DNA of 54,622 bases, filler included, from Stramenopiles sp. TOSAG23-6 (Eukaryota), in the NCBI GenBank assembly GCA_900128565.1. It is 3 parts of 3 records of this genome, joined end to end, with 100 filler letters (N's around TTAATTAATTAA, not from the genome) between each part and the next. Parts side by side here need not be neighbours in the genome. Positions count along the whole stretch, not along the records: positions 18,395 to 36,472 come from LT636067.1; positions 36,573 to 54,622 come from LT636068.1; 1 more part is not named here. The stretch is one strand, 5' to 3'. The position numbers were made by a program, and so were the translations under genes. Shown piece after piece: positions 22,566-36,609 of the stretch (its first letter is position 1; each line of letters starts with the position of its first letter). Below the pieces are notes generated by a model that made no database searches, was not told the origin of the DNA, and saw nothing but the letters and a program-made list of their open reading frames with translations.

Positions 22566-25500
22566 TTGCCTTCAAAGTAACCTTTTTCGTCTCTATTACC
22601 CCATTTGACTAATTCGCGCAATACATACTCAAGTCGCTTATCTTGATCTTTAATTGCCGCATATTCAGAATCAGCAGCATGCTGCTGAAATTTGTAGTCT
22701 ATATTCTGATTTATATGATCTTTGATAATATACGCTATATACACTGCAAACGTTAGAGCAATCAAATTTAATTCTAATTCTAAATGATTTCCATCATCTA
22801 AAGCAGATAAACCGACTTTACCATATACTCCTGGTTGGGATAGTTCCATAGCAAAATAAAGGTAGGAACACCTTATCAGCGCACCAATGGTCCCAGAAAC
22901 AACGGGTGCATTTCGAGCAAGATACGGTCGGCAAACTATGAGGTATAATGCCCAAATTCCTTCCAGTCCCATGTACCCTTTTATAAATGTCAATGTCCAG
23001 TCGGGCATATCTTCTACCGTTTCATCTCTGAGAGCACCAACGAAAACAGCAAATGCAATGGCTTTGAGATAATGGAAAACCCGTGTACACCACATTCCAT
23101 ATTTTTTACGGAATAAGCCAAACAGTACATCAAAATGATACATACTTCCAATATGTCCCTCCAATTCCATATATCGACCAGATTTTCCTTGGGGTCGAAA
23201 AACTTTCTGAAATTTGACACACCAACCACTCACTACTGTAACAAATGTCATAAAAATACCAAGTACAAGAAACCCTAAAAAAAATGCCAAAGTTGCAAGA
23301 GCCACGAAATAATTTAGACCCCATGAGTCGCTTTCCTTATCTCCATTAAAAAAAACACGAGATGCGCCATAGCACATGCCTGGTGCACACCACATCGATA
23401 CCACAAACTCCCAACGAGGAAAGCTTGCCTTTCGTCTCATATCTCGTAACCAGTGAAGTCTTTGTGTGTACGCGTATGGCTCATTTTTTTTCTGCCATTC
23501 TAAAATACGAACAAAGTCTTTAAATGTGTCCCCACGATATGCCTTGTGAAAAATATTTCAAAACCCAAATTATTAGGTACAAAATTTTGTCCGAAAAAAA
23601 AATAAATTTGAAATTCAATATGAAAACGTACATTCCCATTCTTCTTTTAGTTTCGTTTTGCCAGTCATTGCTGCAAGGCCACCACTCATTTCTTTGATAG
23701 GTGTTGCTGCGTGTAGTTGGCGTGATAAATATACCCAATAACTTATTCTTGCTACCGCAAAAAGTAAGATAATATTAGCACCTACAAAAATTGGCTCGGC
23801 TTGTTTGATATCTATTTCTCCGCCTGTCATTGTCTTTATATATGATTCCCACCCTTCCCGTTCAAATGCAACATCGCCAATTGAGAGAATTTGCCATTCT
23901 AAACAAGACATTAAAGTATGATAAATCTCTAAGTAACGATCAAAGTAAGGAAGTTTCCCAACAAGTACCATAAATTGTAATGTCCAAAAGACCTCAACAG
24001 AGTCACCAGTAGGCCGTGCTGCTGGATTCGCCAGCATAGCATAGTAACAAGAACGCCCTAGTGAGTGAAGAACTTTTACGCTTAGAACTAAAGCAATAAT
24101 TCTTAGAATATCTTGCGACATCCATTCGGGGTCGTCATCCGTAATTTGAATGCCAATAAAACCCCCGAATGCAACATATGATATTTCTGGTTCAAAATAC
24201 ACAGCACCACTTGGTGTAACACCAGTCATTGCTGCTAGAGGATCATGCCCAGTATTATTGGTCCCAGGAGTATTCAGACATGTTTCCATTGTTGGATCCA
24301 AGTGATTAAAGTCAAGTAATTTTGATGACGTTTTTGATGTATGGAAATGTAAGTCATCACTTGTAGCAACATGGGATACATAACAATGAATTGTTTTATG
24401 GTATTGCATATCTTGAAGTACACTTAAAAGTATCATTTGTGGGTTTGCCCAATTAGTTTCATTAAATAGTAATGTGTGTTTGAATGATCCCATTTCATCT
24501 GCTAGCCAAGATTTTCTAACATATAATGTTTTGTCTTCATTTAATCGAAGGTAACCTTCGCAATTATGTCCTTCCACAGTAACATTTACAGGTGCTGAAG
24601 GCTTTGAATTGAGTCTAAGGGAATACTGAATACCTTGACTACCCTCTGAAATACGCAATTCACAACCACGCTTTGCAATAGGAAACGAACGGACACCAAC
24701 TCGATTTAAGCGCGGTAAATTTTTCCATTGAAGAGAAAGATCCAAACGACGACGTTGTCGCTCATTGACATTTCCAATTCCGATGTTTTCCTCTGTTTTC
24801 ACAATGTAGTTTACTTTGGTTTCGTGCCCTGTTGAAAGAATAGATCTCATACCTACAGCAAGAGAGTGTATTAATCGCCATGCATTTTGAAGGTATGATG
24901 AATGTTTTGCATACGGCGATATAGGTTTTGATGGTATCCAATCAATGACATTGTTTACAATAGTCTCATGAATAACATTTGATCCATACTTGATACAATT
25001 GATACAAGTATCAAAAAGTGTGAAATTGCCATAGGACTTGTAGGGATCAAAAAGTCGACGACGTTTTTGTTTCACTTTTTCTTCAATTGGATTATAATCG
25101 GTGACATTTCCAACTTTCCAATCTTCAATGGGCTTGCCCGGAGTATCACGAGGTCTTAGTAGAGCTCTTGCATTTGACCGATCCAGAGCGTTTATTTTTT
25201 CTTCATCACTAACATCAAAAATATTACTATTGATTGCATCATCGTAATGTTTCAATTCATCATTTACACTTCCAACTCCAAAATCAAATATGAATGCGTC
25301 TCTGTCAGTAATATTCATGGAAATTGCATCAACATCGACAGTAAAAGGAGAGTAAAAATAATCACTACTTCTTGTTTCATGATGAATGACTGCAATATGA
25401 TCATTTTCAAACATATTATCATCATCAGGCGAAACATTAATCAGTTGCTGTACATACCAGTCATCTTTTGTAAAATCGACACGTAATTCGCGAACAGCTG

Positions 25501-28500
25501 TTCTTTTATCTTGACCTTGATACAACTTGATATCGCCAGTTGTTGAACATATAACTGTAACATTTTTCTGAGGAGGCCTCTTCAAAACAATACCATATTT
25601 TTGAATTGTTTCGCCTTCTTTCATCCATAGAGGATACCCTTCAAGAATAATTACAGGATTGCTATATTTTTCCATATTCCACTTATTAATTACAGTACGC
25701 CCATCGTAATTTTTATCTTGACTTTTCACTGACAAGAGCAGTGTTGATACTAAAAGTCTTCTTCCAATAGAATACTGGTCTGCTGCATCTTTCATATTCT
25801 TTCTCGCTGTTGGAAATGAATGTATTGGTTGATCATCATCATTTACAAGTTCCACTTTTGAATTCAAGAGTTTTCTTCGAGCAAGCTGTTTCCATGTATA
25901 GAAGTCACCATTAGGTTTCTTTTGGTCGCGATCTTCATATTTTGTTAGCCAATGCCAAGGCACACTAGGATCAGTTGTTTTACCATCAACGCCACTTAGA
26001 TTTGGCATGTAACAACAATGAGCGTAATCAAATTTATCATATGGTGCAGTGGCATTCACTGGAGACATTGGTGGATTCCAGGCATATGTAGCAGATGTCC
26101 CACCCGATTTACCTCGGTAAATGTATTTTGGTAAAATATTTCAAAACAAAATCGTTAGGTACAATTTTTCGTACGAAAAAGAAATTCGATTTTTTTGTTA
26201 AAAAAAAAAAAAACATACATGTCATCTGCTGTACCTTTCCATCCTTGGGGACCAGTAAGTAAGATATTTGCTGTTTCCATGGCACGTTGCACATGATACT
26301 CGCCAGGCTCACCAGTCCTATCAATATCTGGATCATCAGGTTTGTAATTTGGATTTGTTATTGGGCCAGATAAATAGAAAGCATATCCAAGCTCCCATGG
26401 TTTCTCGATCGACCACGTACGTGTTGTACTAACTGTGATAGTCTGAACTTTATCCCAAGTCAGAGGCGTCCATTCAACTTTGCTAGGATTGACAATAATC
26501 CCATCTACATTTCCAGCAACAGCTTCGATGTCTAATGTGACGTTTTCTGTTGGTGTAGACGATAAAAATACTGTGAAAGTCTGCTCAACTTCTCTTGGGG
26601 CAGTGAAATCCACTGTGCGGTGACTGGAAAGAATCAAGGAAAGATCATCGTCGCTAATATTTATTGTAGCATCTTGTGCTGACATATGTGTATTACACTT
26701 TGCACAATTATTATAAGCTGTATCCAAACTAGCAACATTATGCTTGACGTTTCCAACTACAGTAAAACCTTCATCGATCTTGTCACTAATAACGGTGATA
26801 TGAATTACTCTTGAATTATTCCAGTCTGATGGCGAAAAAAGTACAGAGAGTGCTCCATTACATACTGCTAATCCTGAAAAATTGCCATCGGGCTTTGCAC
26901 ACCCCGGGTGAGGAGACATTTTTGTTCCTGCCACTTCAGTGTAAACACATGAGCCAGCATTTTCACATTTTTCTTTGTCTCCAGCAGTGCTTTCGCCAAT
27001 ATTTGTTGTTTTATCCTTTGTGGAACAGTCAAATACGTTGGATTGTTTACAAGTTGGCGGTGCGTAATCTTGTGCTTCACCTTTTGGCACCTCCTTAGTA
27101 AATAAACAAGTCCCAGTTTTACCCGCAGCAAGGCATATGTAATGTGAAAAATATTGTTCTGTAGTAAAAATTATCGTTAGGTTCAAAATTTACAAAGAAA
27201 AAAAAGTTTAGGTGAAATTAATGATAAAACCGTACATGGATTCCCCTTCATTTTTTAAAAGAGTTTCAAGTGTAATAAGTTTGCATGGGTTATGACAAGT
27301 TTCGATAGTACGACCATCAGGAATTGGTGTCTGTACTAAAAATTGCATGGCATCCCAGGTAAGAGTGATGGTAGTATCAAAGAAGGGTTCTGAATTCATA
27401 GATAATGTATAACTCCCTGTAGGAGTTAGTTGACAGAATCCTTCCACAGCACAGCGATAATCTTTTCCATAGAATCCACCATCGACTTCATCAAGGGTAA
27501 GAATTCTGGAATTAGGACTATTTGCTTCACCGATTTTATATTGCTGTGTGTACTGATTACTTAGTACAATGACACCTGCAATATCATTCTCTACAATATC
27601 AACCATAACACTAGTATGCATTCTTTTATGTGCATTTCGAGAAATTGGTCGAATTCTGTGTTGAATCATTGCAAAGTGGTCACCATGCTCGTAAACTTTA
27701 TCATCATATGCTGCAACTGTTATATTGACTGGTCGGGTATAATTATACTTGTTCCATATTATCACCTTGGGGTTGACAACAAGTTGTTTTCTACCAGATT
27801 TGCATTCTTTAACTGCATCAACCAGATCAGATTTTACGCGACAGTCTGTAGATGCATTCCCATTGCTTTCATACCCAAACATTTTTTCAGCAGTGATGTC
27901 GACAATAATCGGAATTATGGGTGGTGTAGACGTCAATTTAAGAATATAACTGTCTGAAAAACCACCTTCGGCAACTTTAGTGCCAGTTCCAGTTTCCTCG
28001 GCATGAATACGAAATTCCATCGCTGTAAGATTAATATTTCGTGACGCCTCAACTTTCACGTCATCTACTGCCCATGATACACCTGACGTTCCAGGTAGTT
28101 CCAAATTCCGAAATCTGAATCGTGTTTTTGTTGTTTTCATGTCGTCGTTGATATGTTTTGTAATAAGAGATGAACCTAAGCAGGTCGAAGATGATCCTGG
28201 TGTTAGTTCATAAGTATCAATTATGTGTACACCACCAATATATCCAAATGATGGACACTTCCCGTATACTCCGAGAATTTCTACTTCATTTAAATGATAT
28301 TTATATTTAAGGCGCTTGTTCATTTTTATTCTTACCTTCTTTCCTGTTGTACGTTCAAACGTATGGTCATGAATTGTGTAAAGAAGGTTATTCTTTGTAG
28401 GGTCAGGGTCTTTGTATGAAATAGACACATAACTAGTAGATACCACCGTTCCTTTGCTGACGTCATTCGATGGTGTAGACCAAACTACGATAGATTCATT

Positions 28501-31500
28501 TTGAGCAATAAATTCTGTCAAATAGAACAAGCGAACACGAGAAAGACAAAAAGTATCCAATAAAGGTACATCGATTTCAACGAATAAGTTCTCATCCAGA
28601 AGCTCCTTACTAAACCAACCTTGTGTTATGTATGTCCCATCAAAAAGAGTACCTATTATATCATTAGTTGATCCTGGATTTGAGCCAATGGGTTGCGTTG
28701 TTACAGATTTCGCTATTTTTGCCCAATTATTAGATTCGGGTCTCTTATATATTGCCATATGAGTTTCGCTACCGCAACCAAACCCATTTTCAAGACAATC
28801 TGTACCTCCATCCTCGGCTTTACATTTCTTTGATTGTAACGCGACTCCATTTTGAGCAAATTTATTAGACGGTAGCATTTCTTCAGCACAATAACACCAC
28901 ATTAGACCTGGGTATTCTACATCAAAAGGATCATCGGGAGTCTTGACAACTTTTCGTAATCCAAAATAGCGCCGAGGGCATATAGCAGAACACGCTTTAA
29001 GTGAGAACTCCTGTAATAAAAACATTTCTGTGTAATGATAGAGAACCGCAGCGGTTATTTCTGGTTTCGATGCATCAGAGACATCACCAGCTACATAGCA
29101 ATTTTCTCCACCTGTAATAATTGCAGATGGCGAGTCCACACTATCCTTCACAACTTCACGTGTGTATACAGCATTGTATGCCGGATGAGGACTACAGGAT
29201 TCCCAAATATTCCCGAGACACTCAACATTGCATTTGTTGTTAAGCGCATGTGTTGAATCATGTGCTAAATGATCCTGGCAGTAACATTGTTGGAAATCTC
29301 CGCGATTATTTCCTGTGGTATTGTCAATCACTCCACGAAGTGAAAATAAACGGGTATCACATAGAGCAGCACATTTACCCGGCGATGCAGGTGCAACAAC
29401 ACCCTCAACAATATCTTCGGGCTTCCCTAATTCTTTAACCGAAGTACAATTATTTGGAGCATCAGTTGCAGTACACCCATTTCCTGAACACGAACCAAGA
29501 TAAAGAGTTTTAGTGGTCACAAAAGTCCCGAATTGTTTTTTGACATATGCCATTGTGTTTTTACCTGATTTTCGAACAAAGTCTGATTCGCAACCTTCAC
29601 ACGTTGTAAACTCGATAATGCCACAGGCAAAAGGGCTAGCTTGCCATATATGCTGTCCTTCAATAAGTTCGTGTCCGGTCAAGCCAGTTAAAAGTATAGC
29701 ATTTGAATTTGCCAAAGTACTCATAATCTGTCCTCTTTGCCCATTATCAAGTTTCTTCCTATTTTCGTATCCATCTTTTAGATGATACCAGCAACCTGCA
29801 TAGCTCCACTCATCTACAAGAGCTTCAACGCGTATTTTCCGTCCAGGTGAATTACTAACTTTGTTGCCGTATAATTTATATGAAATATTTCCACCTCCTG
29901 CAATGTCAAAAGGATTTGTAATGAGAGTGCCTGAATTTTGATACCACATTGCATAATTTTCGTCGGCACATTGCCAGCAATCGCCTGTACATTTACCAGT
30001 ATTAGTGACCCATTTGCATGAAACATTGCCATCACATACACTTTTAGTAAAATCTGTGCATACAGCACATTCAGTTTCGCATGTTTTCACAGTGTTACCG
30101 CTCTTCACGAAACTTGAACACTCGTTTGAGCGAATGCCATTTGTATTTTGATCCCAACTCCCAATTGCAAAGTCAAATATATTTCTCATTAGTAGCCTAG
30201 ACTGATTATTCCAAAATGGATCCGGACTACTCGGTAAAAACTTAACATTTGCCAATGCGGGCCATTGCCAACCAGTGCGAGTAGGAAGAGTCAAAGTAAT
30301 AGCCTGTGGAGTAGTAGAAGATTTACCCCATTGAAATTCAAGTGGCTGGAAATCAAATGCAAATAGTGAAAATGCCTGGTTCTCATCCGAGATCTTTTCA
30401 CTTTTTTCTGCATCACTGAATATAAATGCATTAAATAAAGTAGAAGATGCACCACTTGCCAAAGATGGGTTTACGACCCCTGTACACTGAATGTACCCAA
30501 AGTCTCCTGAACCAATTTTATCCCAATTAGAACCAGCTTTACAAACTATTATAGATCCAATACCACTACTCATGTCAGCACTATATGTGCAAGTACCCGA
30601 ATCACCACCAATTGCAACTCCGTTGCTCCATTTATCATTCAGCGAACTGATTCTTAGAAGCCCGCATGTATTTTGGAAAAATATTTCAAAAAAAATTCGT
30701 TAGGTACAACATTTCGTATGAAAAATAAATTCGAAATTGAAAAAAAAAATAAAACATACATGTCATGACATTTGAATTTCCGGTAAAAAGAGGCAACGTT
30801 GTTCTAATTGTAATTTGTTCTGTAGCCACTCCACCATTTGCAGTTTTCCCACGAGTTTTAAACCGGAACCCATACACTTGTCCTGTCACACCTGCTTTGC
30901 GTGATCCTAACGGCGGAATAAGTTGAAATTTTGACATCACATCTTTTGGTCGACTACCGGGTAAAATAAGAGACTTTGAATAACCAAATACATCTGGGGA
31001 TGCCAAGCACACTTCCGGATTTATTTTTTTACCACGACATGGGATTGAACCAGCACTTGGGCCAGTTTCAAACTCACAGCATTGGGCACTTTTACATCGT
31101 TCCGTTGAAGAATGTGATACTGAAATGTCACAGAACTCCTTGTAACATGCATCGAGGTAAGTTGTTCCCCCAATAAGACATGTAGTTAAGTTATCGATAT
31201 CAACTTTTACATTTACGGGGGCAGCAGGTACCCCATTAGAATTAATTGCAATGTTAAACTTTCTAGCGCCATCTTCTTCAACAGTGGTAAACTTAGCTTG
31301 CCATTCTGAAGGCTCATCTTTTAGTGATACAGCTACAGTACTGAAATCAGATATTTGCCCGTTATCTACAACAGCAATTTTTGTAAAGCGTACCAAATTA
31401 GCAAAGCTTTGGAGAGGCAAGCCCCAAGCCCAGTCTTTCCTTGGAGCATCTAGAATGTGGGCTTTCAAAGGAATACTTTGTACTAGATTCTCTACGAATT

Positions 31501-34500
31501 TATCAGATTCAGCAACAACTGTTAATATTTGAGATATTGCCCAATTATATGTTTCAAAATTTAGCTTGCCAATTATAGGAGTGCCCATTTTGCTGCCTCC
31601 AATTATCCATTGATTCAACTGATGTGCACTAAAAGGAAGGACTTGCGGATATACTAATAATGGAAAAGTCATTTCAGAGAATGACAATTCATTTGGAACT
31701 CTAACATCTAAAGTTGTATTTGATGTATCGGTAATATCTATAGTTAATGTAGCCTGTTTTTCGCATACGAAATTTTTCTTCTCAGATGGAAGATTATACG
31801 GTCGCCACTTACCTGGATTGTCTATATGCCTTACGATTGGCGTCATTTTAGTAGTAGAATCGTATCCTGTTGAAGTACTAACATTTGGAATATCCCATTT
31901 CCATTTACAATTGTTGTTTGTTTTTGAAACCGTGCAATCAGAAGACAAATAAATACCTTCGCATTGTGTTTTTACGCAAAAACCTCCAGATCCCCATGAA
32001 CAAATACTTTGGGCTCTACATGCTGCAATATCTAATGACAAACAAGTTGAGCCGTTTTCTACACACCCAAAGGGATTCCACTGAGAAATTAAAGTTTNTG
32101 CATCATTCACAATATTTATCATACTTGTTTGAGTAGACTTTGCATTGATTCCAGTCCATATTTCTGTAGAATGCCCAGTATAAATAACTTTGAGCTTATC
32201 CAAAATATCCTGGATAAAACTGTGTTCAGCTTCAGTGTTTTCCACGAGAATTTCGCCACCATATCCTTTGCATATTTGTAGAGCTTCTGCTCGGGTTTTG
32301 ACTTCTTCAGGAGCAGCATAAAATTTATAGCAAGATCCCGACTGCCGCCAGTACATGCCATCATTGCATTCCGTGTACATATTACGAGTAAGTCTAACAA
32401 GTAGCTCAGCATTACCACCGTTTTCGAAGACTCTAGGATCTGATACTGCGCTAACTATAAATCCTGCGGTGTCATTATCAGCGGTAACATGGACCGAAAC
32501 ATATTCACTCATGCTATTAAAAAAATTTCCTGAAACATCACGAATAGTGACTATAAATGGGAGGGCGTGTCTACTTCCTTGAACAACCGAATCATCAACT
32601 TGGAGGATATTCAAAGTTTTTGGGGTGGCCCATGTTAGTGATGTAAACTCGATATACTGAACAATTTGGCCGCCATATGAGAGGTTATATTGGTCATCTC
32701 CATATGGTGTTGTAAAATCAACTCTTACAGTGATTACTTTTTCACACAAAGCTGGACTAAGAAGTTGAGTTTTACAAAGTTTACCATTTAGTGGATGGCA
32801 CTGCGTCCTCCAAGATGTATACAATGCTTTATAATGTGTTCCATTCATAATTGGCCCACTAGTACCAGTATCCAGATCTAAAATTGTACCCTCAGTAGTG
32901 TCATCACACGAATCTCCAAGTGTTTTATCACATCCTAACCACATGGGAGTAGGAATAGTATTTGTACCCTGCATAATTGCACGAAAAATTCCAGGCCAGT
33001 CGCTGGTTTTTCTAATTACTGCCAATTGGCCATTCCAGTCCTTACATTTTTTATTGGCAACATCCCAACTGAGTTTTTCAGTATGCATGAGATAGCACAG
33101 ACCATTTTCACGTGTTCCATTACAAACAGGCTGAGCAGCAAGACTGATTTTTATTTGAGATTTTGCATCGCTATTTGGTGCTTCGCCTTCTTCTAACCAA
33201 ACACCCATATTGCTCATCATAGCGGAAGTTTGATACCTTTTCTGCGTATACAAATTTACTACAGCATACACAAAAAATTTAGGAATTTCATCAGTGAGAT
33301 TATCTTTAGTGATCACTACGGAAGTAATACCATTGAAGGTAGATGCCGCAAGATGATCATTACAGGAATTATCACGACACTCACTCATGTTATTTACATA
33401 CTCTATATCTATAGCTAAATTATGGGTGTCCATATTTCCTTTGGCAAATATTCCAGCATGAATTCCAGATTTACAGATGGCAGAGTTCTGGCTGTATCCA
33501 CTTTTTGCTGTATCACCATAAATTACACCTCTACTATTTAAACCACACCATGTTTCCCAAGCGTCATTCAGCGCGGTTGTTGTAGGACATTCAACGCGAA
33601 ATGTGCCTCTGCTGAATCGCTGCATATTCAGCATTTCCTTTCCATACGTATCACATGTGATAGGAAGAACATTAGAAGGAGAAAATGGAGTCACAGCGAT
33701 TGTTGGTTTAGCAACAGAATCACCATATCCCGTACCTTGGCAAGTTAAATCATTATTTTTTTCTGCTAACGTGTAACTTGTAGCAACCGCATTGCGTGTA
33801 AACATTTTCTCTTGAATTTCTTTGGCTGTACGGGCTACATTCCAGAATCTTATTTCAGATATAAGTCCACTAAAATACTTGTTAGCAGTTGATGCATTTC
33901 GCCCAATATGTATTTTCGTATCTGTTGAACTTACAACACTTGGTGCTTCAAACGGTACCCACTCACCTGGTATACCATCTATAAATGCTGCAATGGCATG
34001 CATTGAACCAGCTTTACCAACACCGCCACCTGGTCTAATGACACCTGCAATATGATGCCACTTACCGTCTGTTACAAGTGCATTAACGCTGGCAGTGTAA
34101 GTTGTAGCTCCTACTTTCAGAGCAAATGTTGCACCTTTTGGCGGACTTTGCCAAGGATAATACTCATAAGAAGATTTACTCCATTTACGCGATGTTCCAG
34201 AAAAGCCGACCATATCGCCTCCCCATTTGGATCTCCAGTCATTTCCAACGGAGAGTGTGAAGCCGCATACCGACGATGCGATGACACCCTCGTAACAGTC
34301 CCCTATACATCTTATCCATGCTTCTACAGTAAGACCCACCGTGCTATTTTTCACGGGGCAAGGGGCAATATTAGAACTAGGTTGGACCATACAATATTCA
34401 TTTGTACCATTAAAGCCAAGAGCTTGAGTATTACTATTGACGATAGATATGTCAAATTGAGCTATTAAGTTGTACCCTCCGTCATCACCATGCGGTTGTT

Positions 34501-34957
34501 GCACACAAAAACTAGTGGTGCCGTCTGCGCGTACTTTCCCATCTAGTTTTTTAAACATGAGAAATGTATAGCGATCTTGAGATAAATTAAGTAGTGTAAT
34601 TGTAATATCCCCGGCTTTAGTTCCATCAGCTGTAACTTTTCCGTATTTCATAGTGTCACCTCCTCCATCAGGCCATATTTTCTGCAGTCCGTTAGTATAT
34701 TCACTACAATGAACTGCTGTTCGACTAGACTTTGCAAAGTATCCCATTTTAGATAGAGTAAAGTAGTAATCTTTGCTAGCTTCATCGACAGTATATTTTA
34801 ACTTTATCTGCTCACTTGGAATATATATAGTGCGTGCATCAGAAGATACTAAAGAAATGCTAGCGTCAACTGCATGAGCAAGGAAAATAAGCAGTAAACT
34901 AAAGACGACTAGAGAATTTTTCAACCAGGAATAATGCCGGCAGTAATACACTGGCAT
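22566..34957 (-). CDS. ~4000-aa cell-surface receptor/adhesin: signal peptide, LamG/pentraxin-like, LCCL-like, two C-type lectin-like, WSC-like and beta-sandwich repeats, C-terminal multipass membrane region; 3' end truncated
   Basis: Five ORFs joined in frame by four repeat copies (exons 34957-30760, 30665-27236, 27136-26219, 26120-23632, 23538-~22566). Motifs: LTVEAWI...DGKWHHIAG...ISEIRFWNVART; YSQNSAICKSGIHAG; CYLMHTEKLSWDVANKKC; YAGCW...CAALC...CYC; recurrent FxxxxWxxxQxIxVxxxxD. Confidence 0.8.
23539..23631 (-). mobile_element. Introner-family intron (93 nt, GT...AT, flanks AT/AT; 3' terminus diverged to CACAAGGC)
   Basis: Removal gives EWE|YRGDTF in frame with ORF 22526..23440; using the nearby AAG gives a frameshift and stop. 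Confidence 0.8.
26121..26218 (-). mobile_element. Introner-family intron (98 nt, GT...AT, flanks AT/AT)
   Basis: Removal gives ADD|IYRGKSG...PPMSPV in frame. Confidence 0.85.
27137..27235 (-). mobile_element. Introner-family intron (99 nt, GT...AT, flanks AT/AT), diverged copy
   Basis: Removal gives EGES|ICLAAG; the internal TACAG 22 nt upstream would frameshift. Confidence 0.8.
30666..30759 (-). mobile_element. Introner-family intron (94 nt, GT...AT, flanks AT/AT)
   Basis: Removal gives VMT|CGLLRISS...DMSSG in frame. Confidence 0.85.
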
Positions 34958-35309
34958 CCCATATGCACATGGCAACGCACTATGCTTAAATATTCTTAAA
35001 ATCATTGGATGAATAAGCACAAGTAAACTAGTGCTATTAGTATTACCCGGTGGTACGGTATACCCTCCAATTGCTATCTTTTAGTTTAGGAGTTACTCTC
35101 GGGCAGTTTTGACACGAAATCTGGGAAAATATGTAGACGTCGCGTGTCAATCAAATCACTTCAGTATCAAAAATAATTTGAGAATTTTTCTGTTGTCAGG
35201 AGAGAGAGCCTCACCAGAGAGGAAAATATTCTTGAAAGTAGCTGGAGAGAGTTAGTATATGGTACTTTAGTCCTTACAATTATAGAGTAATACATTTTTA
35301 AAGATTCAG

Positions 35310-36420
35310 ATGACGGGAGTTAATGTTGGCGACGCATCACCTAATAAACGAATGCGCACATCATACGATGGCAACTTGACACAAGGAGCATCGTCGAAAT
35401 TTTCTACCTCTAGGAGTGGAGGAACAACCCACACCAGCACCGGCTCTTCAGCACAATCTGAGATTGTGCCAAAACGTCCTGTATCTCGTTCTGAACAAGC
35501 TAAGCTTGACTTGGCAAGTGGACGTTTATTTTTTAAAGTAATTTCAAATGATAACACTGATGAGAATATGATTAATTTGGTGATATTGAAAAATATATTT
35601 TCAAAACAGTTACCAAAAATGCCACCGCAATATATTATCCGGCTAGTGTTTGATCACAGACACCAATCTATAGTTCTTTTCAAGAAATACGATAATGGAG
35701 AACCTGCAAAAGTTGTTGGAGGGATATGTTTTCGAGTGTATGAAGAGCAAAAATTTGCAGAAATCGCTTTTTGCGCAATTACCGCCTCGGAACAAGTTCA
35801 AGGGTATGGTACACTCGTTATGAATCAACTGAAAGAACACGTGAAAGTTCGTGGTTTGACCAATTTCCTTACGTATGCTGATAATTATGCCATTGGATAT
35901 TTTAAGAAGCAAGGGTTTTCAAAAAAATTGTCAATGGAAAAGTCTCGTTGGCAAGGATTCATAAAAGATTATGATGGGGGTACCTTAATGGAGTGTTTCA
36001 TACACCCGCGTATAGACTATAACAACATTGCTACTATGATTGCCCAGCAACGAAAATTTGTTTGTGATCGTATACGTGAAATATCTGGCTCAAATGTTGT
36101 ATATCGTGGATTAGGCCGTTCTTTTTATTCAAACAAAAATTGTGATTTATGTATGTTTTATTTTTTTTTTAACAAAAAAATCGAATTTATTTTTCGTACG
36201 AAATGTTGTACCTAACAAATTTAAGTTTTTTTTTTTTCAAATATTTTTCCAAAATACATATGATATACCCGGTGTAAGAGAATCTGGTTGGAGCCGTCCT
36301 CAAGTGATTGCTTTTCGTGATAAAATTAGACTTGCCACTAGTTTGCGTGGTCAATTACGTTCCATTACTAAAGATTTAAAGGAACAGAAGTGTATATGGC
36401 CATTTTTAGAACCTGTTGAT
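35310..36420 (+). CDS. GCN5: Histone acetyltransferase GCN5, partial; exons 35310-36150, 36260-36420
   Basis: LKNIFSKQLPKMP..YI.RLVFD, EIAFCAITASEQVQGYGT, FLTYADNYAIGYFKKQGF, IKDYDGGTLMEC, then DIPGV and the bromodomain start WPFLEPVD. Confidence 0.97.
36151..36259 (+). mobile_element. Introner-family intron (109 nt, GT...AT, flanks AT/AT)
   Basis: Removal gives CDL|YDIPGVRESGW; the internal AAG would frameshift (34 nt). Confidence 0.88.
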
Positions 36421-36472
36421 GTATGTTTTATTTTTTTTTTTACAAAAAAATCGAATTTATTTTTCGTACGAA
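36421..36472 (+). mobile_element. Introner-family copy, partial (runs into gap)
   Basis: GAT|GTATGTTTTA...TCGAATTTATTTTTCGTACGAA, nearly identical to the 36151 copy. Confidence 0.85.
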
Positions 36473-36572
36473 NNNNNNNNNNNNNNNNNNNNNNNNNNNN
36501 NNNNNNNNNNNNNNNNTTAATTAATTAANNNNNNNNNNNNNNNNNNNNNNNNNNNNNNNNNNNNNNNNNNNN
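36473..36572. other. Artificial contig-joining linker (Ns flanking TTAATTAATTAA)
   Basis: Same all-frame stop linker at 36517-36528. Confidence 0.9.
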
Positions 36573-36609
36573 CTAACGATTTTTTTTCAAATATTTTTCC
36601 AAAATACAT
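36573..36609 (+). mobile_element. Introner-family copy, 3' part only
   Basis: CTAACGATTTTTTTTCAAATATTTTTCCAAAATAC-AT directly after the gap. Confidence 0.8.

Noticed and set aside
36149-36257. Reading the elements as U12-type AT-AC introns
   Set aside because: There is no ATATCCT donor or TCCTTAAC branch, and this register creates stop codons at the 36989 and 38956 copies.
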